Shown piece after piece: positions 25,984 through 38,028 of a stretch of 64,000 nt of DNA (position 1 is its first letter; each line of letters opens with the position of its first letter). The stretch is from contig CM069147.1 in NCBI GenBank assembly GCA_035221665.1, positions 25,358,001 through 25,422,000 on the forward strand, written 5' to 3'. The translations under genes and the position numbers were made by a program. Below the pieces are notes generated by a model. It did not search any database. It saw only the letters and a program-made list of their open reading frames with translations, and had not been told where the DNA came from. This DNA comes from Okamejei kenojei. Lineage: Eukaryota.

Positions 25984-27155
25984 GTGGATAAATGTGAGGT
26001 TATCCACTTTGGTGGCAAAAACAGAAGGGTAGACTATTATCTGAACGGTGGCCGATTAGGAAAATGGGAGATGCCATTTCCTACCTGGGTGTCATGGTAC
26101 ACCAGTCATTGAAAGTAGGCATGTAGGTGCAGCAGGCTGTGAAGAAAGCGAATGGTATGTTGGCATTCATAGCAAAAGGATTTGTGTACAAGAGCAGGGA
26201 GGTTCTACTGCAGTTGTACAGAGTCTTGGTGAGGTCACACCTGGAGTATTGCATACAGTTTTGGTCTCCTAATCTGAGGAAAGACATTCTTGGCATAAAG
26301 GGAGTACAGAGAAGGTTCACCAGACTGATTCCTGGGATGGCAGGACTTCCATATGAAGAAAGACTGGATAGACTCGGCTTGTACTCGCTGGAATTTAGGA
26401 GATTGTGGGGGGATCATATAGAGACTTACAAAATTCTTAAGGGGTTGGACAGGCTAGATGCAGGAAGATTGTTCCCGATGTTGGGGAACTCCAGAATAAG
26501 GGGTCACAGTTTAAAGATAAGGGGGAAGTCTTTTAGGACCGAGATGAGAAGATGATTTTTCACACAGAGAGTGGTGAGTCTGTGGAATTCTCTGCCACAC
26601 AAGGTAGTTGCGGCCAGTTCATTGGCTATATTTAAGAGGGAGTTAGATGTGGCCCTTGTGGCTAGAGGGATCAGGGGGTATGGAGAGAAGGCAGGTACAG
26701 GATACTGAGTTGGATGATCAGCCATGATCATATTGAATGGCGGTGCAGGCTCGAAGGGCCGAATCGCCTACTCCTGCCCCTATTTTCTATAATTCTATGA
26801 TACGCTAGAGGCAGGAAACATGTTCCCGATGTTGGGGGAGTCCAGAACCAGGGGACACAGTTTAAGAGTAAGGAGTAAGCCATTTAGAACGGAGACGAGG
26901 AAACACTTTTTCTCACAGAGAGTGGTGAGTCTGTGGAATTCTCTGCCTCAGAGGGCGGTGGAGGCAGGTTCTCTGGATGCATTCATGAGAGAGCTAGATA
27001 GGGCTCTTAAAAATAGCTGAGTCAGGGGATTTGGGGAGAAGGCAGGAACGGGGTACTGATTGGGGATGATCAGCCATGATCACATTGAATGGCGGTGCTG
27101 GCTCGAAGGGCCAAATGGCCTACTCCTGCATCTATTGTCGATTGTCTATTGTCTA
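25984..27155 (+). mobile_element. CR1 3' portion (continuation of the DIRS-split copy) plus a second CR1 3' end
   Basis: ORFs 26127-26555 and 26820-27020; CR1 3' UTR ending CCTATTTTCTAT / (TGTCTAT)n. Confidence 0.9.
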
Positions 27156-28335
27156 TAAAACAGATGGCAGAGCGATGGCGAGGTCAGCGAGGCCTGGGCG
27201 CACAAATACATGGTTTGATGTAAGTGTCTGGGGTAGATAGGGCGACGAAGAAATGCATACAGCACATTTGTTTTAATCAGTCGGTGTATTGAGTGCATGA
27301 AGAATGCCACCGGTGTACTAAATGTAAATAATGCACATTTCTGTATACTTCTTGTCGCCTTGCTGTTTGAAAGATGTCACCAAACTGTAAACAGTGCAAA
27401 GGCGATTTACGAGGATGTGATTAGGTCAGATAGGTTTCAGTTATAAAGTGAGGTGGGGGTGGGGGGAGGTTGGTGGCTGGGCCTTTTCCCCCCTAGTGTA
27501 CAGGAGGCTGAACGTAAAACATACAAGAGTACCGCACAGGAAAGGTCCCTTCATCCTACAATTATTGCACACAACATGATGCCAAGTTAAACTGGTCTCA
27601 TCTGCCTGTACATGATCCATTCCCTCAATTCCCTGCACTTCCATGTGCCGGAAAGAACTGCAGATGCTGGTTTACACAAAGATAGACACAAAATGCTGGA
27701 ATAACTCAGCGTGACAGACAGCATCTCTGGATAGAAGGAATGGGTGACGTTTTGGGTCACGATGCTTACTCGTGAGCCTCCTAAACGCCACAACCGTATC
27801 TGTCTCCACCACCACCCCTAGCAATCCGTCCCAGGATCTCAATACTCTTAGTAAAAATCGTGCCCCGCATTTCTCCAAGAAACTTTCCCCATCTCAGCTT
27901 ATAGCTATGTAGTTTAAGAATGACAATGTCAACCCCTGGAGAATGATCCTGGTGGTCTACCATATCCACGCCTCATAAAATTATTCAGGCCGACCTTTTG
28001 CATTGCCCAAAAGCCTCTTAAATGTCATTATTCTCCCTTTGTATCTTTCTCCACTACCACGGAAGGCAGCACATTCCAGGCAACAACCATGCTCTGTGCA
28101 TAGCACTTGCCCGGCATATTTTCTTTAAACTTTGCCCATCCAACGTATACCTACGCCCTCTAGTCGTTGACCTTTACACCAATAAAAAGGGCTCTAACGA
28201 TTTGTGCCACTCATAATTTTATATAGTTCCATCCAGAATCCTTTCAGCCTGCACCGCTCTGGAAAAGACAATCAAATCTGTTCCAACCTCTCCTTATATG
28301 CAATACCCGCTAATCTAGACAGCATCCTGGTTAAA

Positions 28336-28665
28336 GGCAGCATTGTGGCGCTACTGGTGGAGGTGCGGCATCACAGCGCTGGAAACCCGGGTTCAATCCT
28401 GATCTCGGGTGTCGTCTGTATGGAGGTTGCATGTTTTCCCTTTGACCATGTGGGGTTCGTGCCAGTGCTGCGGGTTCATCCCACATCCCAAACGATTTCG
28501 CATCATTGGATGTATAGATTAATTTGTCTCTGTAAAATTACCCACAATGTGTAGTATGGATGAGAAAATGGGATAATATAGAACGTGTGAATAAGTGATC
28601 AATGATCAGCCTTGACTCGTTGGTCCGAATGGGCCTGTTTCAATGTTAACTGGCCTAAACTAAAC
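28336..28665 (+). mobile_element. V-SINE (HE1-like), decayed
   Basis: tRNA-like head with B box GGTTCAATCC, V-domain core, CR1-like tail ending CTAAACTAAAC. Confidence 0.75.
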
Positions 28666-29484
28666 CTCTTACCTCTTCACTAACCTTACCAAAGCTTCGA
28701 CATGGTTCCTCTAATGGGGCGATTAGAACTGCACACAATACTCCAAATGTGCACACACTACACCCTATAAATCTGTAACATGATATATTGACTCTTATAC
28801 TCTATTCACCAATCAATGTAGGTAACAATACCATCCGTCTTCACCACTCTATCTAATTGTGTTGCCCTTTCAGGGAGCCGTCGACGGAACCAAGACCTTT
28901 GCGACCAATCCGCTCAGCACCCAGCGAGATTCTTTTAACTTTACAAGTGATTCACTCATGCCTGTTGAAGGATTTCTAAACGTCGAGGTATACGGGACGG
29001 TGGAAGACACCATTCCACAAAGTACTGCTGTGTGTCCTTTACTTAATTGCCATTATTCTTGATCCTTTATCCTACTTTTTACATCGAGCCTTAATCCCAA
29101 GATTGCAGATTTCGCACCATTGGTTACAATTGACATTGTTCAAATGAATCAGGGTACACAATTCCAAGATCACTGACACTATTTGTTAGAATTCAATTTG
29201 CAATGAATTCCAATGTTAAAAGAAGGCAGGTTCCGCTCACGCGTAAACAAATCTATCAAATGGTTTCAATTTAATTGAATCTCTGAGACATTTGAACATT
29301 TTGTCATGTTTACCTGATCTGCCATTGTCATAACTGAAGACAAATAACTGCTTTCAAAAACCATTGCCAGAATTTTTGCAAATGTTTTGAGGATACGCTG
29401 TTTTATGCCCGAATAACGAACATTGCTTGTACATTGGAAACACTTGTACATAATGGAGAATATCTAAAAACCAAGTTATAAAAT

Positions 29485-29697
29485 AAAGATAGACACAGAA
29501 AGCTGGAGTAACTCAGTGGGACAGGCAGCATCTCTGGAGCGAAGGAATGGGTGACGTTTCGGGTCGAGATCCTTCTTCAGCCCTGACCCGAAACGTCACC
29601 CATTCCTTCTCTCCAGAGTTGCTGCCTGTTCCGCAGAGTTACTACAGTTTTTTGTGTTTATCTTCGGTTTTATCCAGCATCTGTACTTCCTTCTTAT
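29485..29697. repeat. Palindromic Penelope-derived repeat with a minus-strand hammerhead core
   Basis: About 85-bp inverted arms; minus strand 29551-29580 reads CTGAAGA-AGGATCTCGACCC-GAAAC-GTC. Confidence 0.75.
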
Positions 29698-32600
29698 AAA
29701 AGTTATAACATTAATTTGTTTTGTCTAAATATTGGATAGATCTATTTTGTAAAGAGGTAACAAGAAATTTTGAGGAATGAATGCTGTAGCTGACGTCAAT
29801 GAAGAGTATTGGGTAAAAAAGATTCGACAAAGCTTCAATCAATATGTTGGTTATTAATGCTGTCGCTCATAGAATGAAACCAATGAACTAATCAATAAAC
29901 AAGCTTTCAAGAAGGCATGCGAAGGAAAGTAATGGAGAGAGATACAGAGAAAAAAGCTGGATATAGGATGTTGCTCTTCAATTATCGGATTGGAAATCAT
30001 GGGTGGAATAAGATCCAGTGCGGTAATCAGTTTATGGTTCTTACAAAACTTGTAACCAAACATGAAAGCTGAGCCATGTAAGTTGTCATTTGATGCATTT
30101 GAAGTAAGATCATGAGACAGGCCAAAAATTGATATGTGCGCGTCCTTTCACTAAAGCTGCGCGTCGTGCCGTTGCAAACCATTGCATATTTAATGTGTTA
30201 ATAGGACTCTTGACAAATTTAATAGTAAGATTAAATGAGAACTTACCAGTTTGAAGTTTGATCATTGTTATATGAGGAGTAATGATGAGGGATTACGTGA
30301 AGAAGCCCCGCCTGGCGCTTGATCGGCATACTTCAAAGCAGCGGCATGAAAAACACAGAACATAATAGCCGGAGTAAGATAGTAAGGCTCAACATAGATT
30401 TAGAACTACCAGATGATCATTTATTTTATGAGGGTCGGGAGTGGAGGGCACGTAATCCCTCATCGTTACTCCTCATAAAATAATGATCAAACTTCGAACT
30501 GGTAAGTTCTCGTTTAATCTTACTATTTTACTTCGGAGTCACGTGAGTGACTACGTGAAGATTTTGTAGCTTCTGTGTTTTTTATGCGGTAGACTCATTC
30601 CATACGGCAATCTGGCTCAATCAACACAGTAATGAGCAAATAACACATTTTTTCCCAAACATTGCCTCAGTTTATGTGATAATTTTTTTTCCATTATAAA
30701 AGAATGAAAATAATGCCCTTTTCATTGAAAGGCAAATTTATCACCAAAATATCAATTGATAATATAATTTGATAGTATAAACAAAGCAACAATTACAGAG
30801 AACCCAACACTCCGTGTCCAATCCGGACACCATGACTGGTTCCTTGTAACTTTAATATTTATTTTACACCCTCCTACGGCCTTAAATCTTTGCTCGAGCG
30901 GCCCATCCTGTGCCATTCCTGTGAATGTATCTACCTCCTTAATGGAGTGATTTTCCACATCTCAATGTCTAGTTCTACTGAGTTTTAAACATGTTTTAAC
31001 CATCTAGAATATAATTATCTAGAACCATCAGTTTTTACTGATACTTAATGTGGTTTTTGTGTGTAATAAGTAGTGCTCTCTCACCACCACAGAGACTCTT
31101 ACCTACTTTAACATATTGAGTCAATGTTGACCCGCACACAATATTTGGCCGACAGGATATGCTTAAATTTTACCTTGGTTCCAGCTCTTCTTGGTCTGCT
31201 TTGTTTGGTAAATTCATAAACATATAAGATAATGTAATCTGTAGCCACATGCAATTATATAATGTAACATTTGCAATGTTTGCACTCTTACGTTGATACT
31301 AAAGTCATGAGCATTATTACTTTCAATGTTAATTTTTTGAATCATTGATAGAATTGGAGTCCATTGCCTAAGGCAATTCAGGACTATGCTGATCTCCCAA
31401 CTCTGAAAAAGGGATATATATATATATCCCTTTTTCATATCGGGTTATTACGAATGAGCCCGATAAATTCTTGGTCAGCAATTTGTCCTAAATATGACGA
31501 TAAACACTATGAGCCCTATTATTGGCTCTATCGCTTAGATGCTGAGAAAAAATGCAATCCACAAGGAACTCCCATATATCTAATATGATAAAATAAACTT
31601 TAGTGTCTGCAAAAGACTTCCAATTTCTTATAAACAAAATATTGTTTTGTAAAACTATTTCTCCAAATTGCAGGTATAACTTTCCTTTTATGCATAATTG
31701 TTATATTGTTATATTAGTTAAAACATTCATAGACCTCTTTAAACTGTTATAATGGTCTGGTCAAACCTGCAGATAGCCAAATTCATATCTTCATGCCCTG
31801 GATGAATTTGTCCAACAATAAATTACTGCAACTATGAGTCATCATAACTGGTTCAAACATCACTCTCAACATTAATGAGAACCATGAAGGTCCGGTTTGG
31901 GCCACCAAAGCGCCCATGGCAGCGTCCTGCTACATTTTCATCAGACACTGTCCTATCAGACAAAATGAGGAACATAAAAGAACATCTTTCCTCATGTAAT
32001 TTAGCGAAATGCATCCAGCTCTCCTGCTCTCAGTTTTCCCCACGAGAAACATTTGAGAAATCGGTGATTTAATCTGGATACAACCAGATTAATGGAAAGT
32101 AATCCATATTACTGACAATGTTTTTCCCCTGATTTGTTGTCTGCGACAACATTGTCTCTTCCTTAGTGATAAACAGCTGAACTAAAACATTTTTAGAATA
32201 CGCCACATCTGGTTACCCAGATAATCACTTGATAATGATCTTACTTGACTCATGTGATTGATATATGCCACAGCCGTGGTATTGTTCACCTGATTTGAGA
32301 TGCACACTTTCATAGTAGAACAATAGGCATTTAATCTATAAAATGCTCCTGATACTCCAATAATTAATACAAATGTTTGGAGAAAAATGTCTTAGGACAA
32401 TCCATTTGCAATTCCCTGGTGTTATTGTCCGTAGTCCCCTAAACAAGGGACGTATCAAATATTAACTTGATAAGAATAGATATTGTACTTATCTTAGCCC
32501 AAATAATCACAGAAGCTATCCATCATCTGATAATACTTGCTTCAGCTTGCAACGGCTGCTAAGCTTATATCTTTAAAGCAGCTTGTGGAACCTTTTCTAT

Positions 32601-34642
32601 CCACCACTTTAATTCTGATAATGTATCCTTTGGTAATTGCATAGGCCTGTCAAAAGGCCTGCATACTCTTATAATGCTTGTGTTTTCCCTTTTTTGGAGC
32701 TTTTTTACTCTTTTACCTAACCTCCTTTTCTGATGGAGGGACAAAGTTTATCAACAAAGCAATGAGACATATTTGTATCTTGGAAAACATTTTCCCCCCT
32801 CATATAGGTGCTGAATTACTCCTAAACCCACAATAGTAATTTAGGAATTTTTATGAATGCCTAAAACATAGTTTTTATTGGATGGGTCAGGACCCTTGCC
32901 TCTCAACAGGCTTGTAATTGCTGCACTAATTTGCAGCTGACTCCTGATCAACCTTCCAATTTAAAATGTGATCAAGATAAACCATGTCCTCATAAGTGCA
33001 AGTGCTGATCTTCTTATCAGTGCAATTGTTGTTCCAATAATTATGTGAACAGCCTAGAACTGAGTTTAGTCCATTAGACAATGTCTTAACTTGCGCAGCT
33101 GACCTATTCTAATTAATTACCAGCACCTGTAAATATGATAATAAATTGGTACTAAATACCAATCCTTCGAGTCTTATAGTAATGATTAACAATTTGTTAA
33201 TAACAACTTTTCAATGTTGAAGATGTCCATTTTTATATAATGTTTTACACTGTAAAAGTGTATTTAAAACCATGTCTTGTATGGCTTTACCATCACATCT
33301 TCTTTTTCCCTGAGGAAATTTATGATACAAATTTACATACCTCTTCTTTATTGGAGATATTTTTGGGTGCAAACCTAAGATCATTTTTTAGGTTTTCCTA
33401 TACAGGTGAACCAATTCCTTCTACAATTTTTTGTAGATCCTTTACACGTTAAAATAAATCAATCCTTAGACAGGGGTTTTATGCTATATCATTGATCATA
33501 ACACACCTGTAATCTCCCACAATTGGAGATTTCATCAACTTCTTCTGTTAAAAGTGTTTGCACCTCTTCAAATATACATGAAGCCTTCTCTTTCCAATCA
33601 TATGGGTTCACATAAGGCTGTGTTGGATAAATATTTATTAATCATACTCCTGTCTTTGTTTTGATCCATTATCAAATCTTTACATTGGATCATAATTTTG
33701 CCAAAGTCTTTCCTTTGTAATCAATGTTTTTGATTTATCTTGAGGCAGGTTTACTCCATAATAATAGTAAGATTAAACAAGAACTTACCAGTTTGAAGTT
33801 TGATCTTAATTTTATGAGGAGTAACGATGAGGGATTACGTGAAGAACCCCGCCTGGCACTGGAACGGCATACTTCAAAGCAGCGGCATGAAAACACAGAA
33901 CATAATAGCCGGAGTAAGATAGTAAGGCTTCTCATAGATTTAGAACTACCAGATGATCATTTATTTTATGAGGGTGGGGAGTGGAGGGCACGTAATCCCT
34001 CATCGTCAAACTTCAAACTGGTAAGTTCTCGTTTAATCATACTATTTTACTTCGGAGTCACGTGTGTGACTACGTGAAGATTTTGAAGCTTTCTGTGTTT
34101 TTCATGTCGTAGAATTTATTCCATACGACAGTCCGGCTCATTCAACACAGTGACGAGCGAATAACACATTTTTCACCAAACATTGCCTCAAGTTATGTGA
34201 TAAATTATTTCACATTATAAAGAATAAAAGTAATGCCCTTTCCATTGAAAGGCAAGTTTATCACAAAATATCAATTGATATATATATTTTGATGGTATGA
34301 CAAAGCAACAATTATAGAGAACCCAACACTCCGTGTCCAAACCTGACACCATGACTGGTTCCTTTTTACTTTAACATTAATTTACACCCTCCTGCGGCCT
34401 TGCATCTTTGCTCAAGCGGCTCATCCCGTGCCATTCCTGTGAATGTATCTACCTCATTAACAGAGTGATTTTCCACCTTTCAGTGTCTAGTTCCACTGAG
34501 TGTATCCAATTTCTTACCATCTAGAATACATTCCTCTAGAACCATCAGTTTTTACTGAACCTAATGTGGTTTTTGTGTGTAATAAGTTGTGATGTCTCAT
34601 TACCGCAGAGACTCTTACGTACTTCAACATATTTCATCAATG

Positions 34643-34644
<2 letters not shown>

Positions 34645-34685
<41 letters not shown>
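34645..34685. repeat. (CA)n microsatellite
   Basis: About 20 CA units; the outer DIRS copy has only a short CACACA at about 31135. Confidence 0.95.
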
Positions 34686-34945
34686 CTTAAGGCCGACAGG
34701 ATATGCTTATAGGTTTACCTAGGTTTCAGCTCCTCTTGGTGTGCTTTGTTTGGTAAATTCATAAACATATATGATAATGCAATCTGTATCCACATGCAAT
34801 TATAACGTAACATTTGCAATGTTTGCACTCTTATATTGATACTAAAGTCATCAGCATTATTATTTTCAATGTTAACTTTTTTGAATCATTGATAGAGTTA
34901 GAGTCCATTGCCTAAGGCAATTCAGGATTATTTATCTCCCGACAT

Positions 34946-35104
34946 NNNNNNNNNNNNNNNNNNNNNNNNNNNNNNNNNNNNNNNNNNNNNNNNNNNNNNN
35001 NNNNNNNNNNNNNNNNNNNNNNNNNNNNNNNNNNNNNNNNNNNNNNNNNNNNNNNNNNNNNNNNNNNNNNNNNNNNNNNNNNNNNNNNNNNNNNNNNNNN
35101 NNNN
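34946..35104. other. Assembly gap (159 N)
   Basis: Run of N, at the position of a (TA)n tract in the paralogous copy (about 31414-31427). Confidence 1.
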
Positions 35105-35514
35105 CCCTTTCCATATCGGGATATTATGAATGCACCTGATAACTTCTTGGTTAGTATATTGTCCGTTAATAGGACGGTAACATTCTGAGCCCTATTATTG
35201 GCTCTATCAATTAGATGCTCAGAAAAATGCATTCCACAAGGAACTCACATATATCTAATATGATAAAATAACTTTACTGTATACACAGACTTCCAATTTC
35301 TTATAACAAAATATTGTTTTTTAAACTTATTTCTGCAAATTGCAGGTATAACACTTCTTTTATACATAATTATTTTATTGTTATGTTGTTATATTAGTTA
35401 AACATTCATAGAGTTCTTTGACCATCAGCTGTTGTAATGGTCTGGTCAACCTGCAGATAGTCAAATTCATATTTTCATGTCATGGATGCCTTTGTACAAC
35501 AATAAATTACTGCA

Positions 35515-35610
35515 GGGTTACACAAAACTGGAGAACCCAGCGGGTGCTGCAGCATCCAAAGAGCGAAAGGAGATAGGCAACGCCTCGGGTCGAGACCCTT
35601 CCCCAGACTT
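35515..35610 (-). mobile_element. Short Penelope-derived insertion with a 15-bp TSD
   Basis: CAATAAATTACTGCA at 35500-35514 and 35611-35625; the empty site is present in the outer DIRS copy at 31816-31830. Confidence 0.85.
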
Positions 35611-37995
35611 CAATAAATTACTGCAACTATGAATCATCACAAGTGGTTCAACATCACTCAATATTTATGAAACCATGAAGGATCCGTATTGGGCCACCAA
35701 AATGCCTCTGGCAGTGTCCTGCTACATTTTCATTAGACACTGCCCTATCAAACAAAATGAGGAACACAAAAGAACATCTTTTCCTCATGTAATTGAGAGA
35801 AAAGCATCCACCTTTCCTGTTCTTGGTTTACCCACAAGATACATTTGAAAGATCGGTGATTTAATCTGAATGCAACCAGATTAATCGTAAGTAATCCATA
35901 TTAATGACAATGTGTTTTTCCTCCCAAATTTGTTGTCTCCGATACCATTGTCTCTTCCTTAGAGATAAACAGCTGGACTAATTTTTTTAGAATATGCCAC
36001 ATCTGTTTACTCAGATAATCCCATGATTGTTATTTGACTTATCTTGTGTGTTTTAACATATGCCACAGCCGTGGTATTGTTCACCTTGATACGACATGGA
36101 CACTTCCATAATAAAACAATTGATATTTAATCCATAACTCCTTATACTTCAATAATTAATACAAATGTTTGGAAAATTTCTTAGGACAATCCATTTATGC
36201 TCACCTGGTATTATTGTCCGCAGTCCCAACAAGAGACTATCAATTATTCTTATAAGAATAGATAATATTCTTATCTTTACCCAAACATTCACAGAAGCTG
36301 TACATCATCTGTAACACTTGCTTCAGTTTGCAACAGCTGTTAAGCTTATAGTTGAAGCAGCTTGTGAACCTTTTTTACATTACTTTAATAATGATAACGT
36401 ATCATTTGATATTTGCATAAGCCTCTCACAAAGGCATACATTTTCTTATAAGCTTCTGTATTCCTTCTTTTGGAGCTTTTTTTACTCTTTACCTAACCTA
36501 ATGGAGGGACAAAGTATGCCAACAACAATGAGACATATTTGTATCATGGAACAATTTTCCCCCCCTTATGGTGCTGAATTACTTCTAAATTCAGAATAGT
36601 AATTTATGAATATTTTATTAATGCCTAAGCATACGCTTTATATAATGGGTCAGGTCCTTGCCTACCACCAGGTTTGTAATTGCAGCACTAATTTGCAGCC
36701 GACTCCTATAACCTTCCAATTTAAACGTAATCAAGATAACCCATGACCATGACCTCATTAGTGCAAGTGCTGATCTTTTATCAGCATAATTGTTCCTCCA
36801 GTATTCTGTTTAACAGCCTTGAACTGGTTTAATCCTTTGGACAATGTTTTAACTTGCACAGCTTGACCCATTTTAATTAATTTCAAGCACCTGTAATATT
36901 GATTAACAATTTGTTAATAGCAACTGTATTTCCATGTTCTAGATGTTTCCATTTTAATAAATGTTCTTACACCGTGAAAGTGTATATAAAATGATGTTTT
37001 GTATGGTTTATACCATCAAATCTTTACACTGAGGTAATTTTATAACATATATGTACGTACCCCTTCTTTATTGGAGTTACTTTTGAGTGCAAACCTAAAA
37101 TCAATTTTTAAGGTTTTCTTATACAGGTGAACCAATCCTTCCTTAGTTATATTAAATTAATGATCATAATACACCTGTAATCCCCCACAATTGGAGATTT
37201 TTCATGAACTTATTTTGTAACAAGATGTTTGCACCTCTTCAACGTACTTCAAGCCTTCTTTTCCCAATTATATGGGTTTGGATAAGGCTATGTTGGATTA
37301 TACCATTTCTGCCTTTGTTTTGATCCATTATCAAATCTTTCATTGGATCATAGTTTTTCCCCCAAGTTTAAAGATCTTTGCCTTTGTTTTGATCCATTAT
37401 CAAATCTTTCATTGGATCATAGTTTTTCCCCCAAAGTTTAAAGATCAGTAGTCTGTTCTTTTGTAATCAATATCTTTGATTTATCATAAGGCAGGTTTTA
37501 TTCCATAATAATCAGGAGTTTAACATAACCTGATTTATATTGATCTACGAATCTAGAGTGCAGTTTTGGTAAATTATATATATTTCTTCCCATTGAGCTC
37601 CACAAACTGATGGCAATTTATTTTATTTTAAAAGTATTAGTTATTTGCACAACGTTTTATTTTTTTTATTTTTCTTTTTGAATAGCAATGCCATGCACCA
37701 ATTTGAAATACTTTGAAATTGTATTTCTTTATATCTCATATAATTTGAGACATGGATATCATAAACGGATTCATCGTTGATATCTTTATAAAACATAAAA
37801 GTTTTATCATATTCTGCTGTTTCAATCATTACAGCTTTGGTGTGTTTTTAGTTTCCATGTTTACTTTTCATGGCCTCACTCATCATTAGTTCTGCTGTTT
37901 TAACCGTAACAGCTTTTAGTGAGAGACCAACTAATTTTGGTTTCCATGGTAATTTTCCATGGCCTCACTTCTTATTCAGGTGTTGTGCATACACC

Positions 37996-38028
<33 letters not shown>

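Noticed and set aside
28336-28410. tRNA gene
   Set aside because: It is the tRNA-derived head of a V-SINE.
37311-37447. Tandem duplication of about 69 bp as a functional element
   Set aside because: Local slippage private to the inner DIRS copy; single in the outer copy (about 33655-33710).
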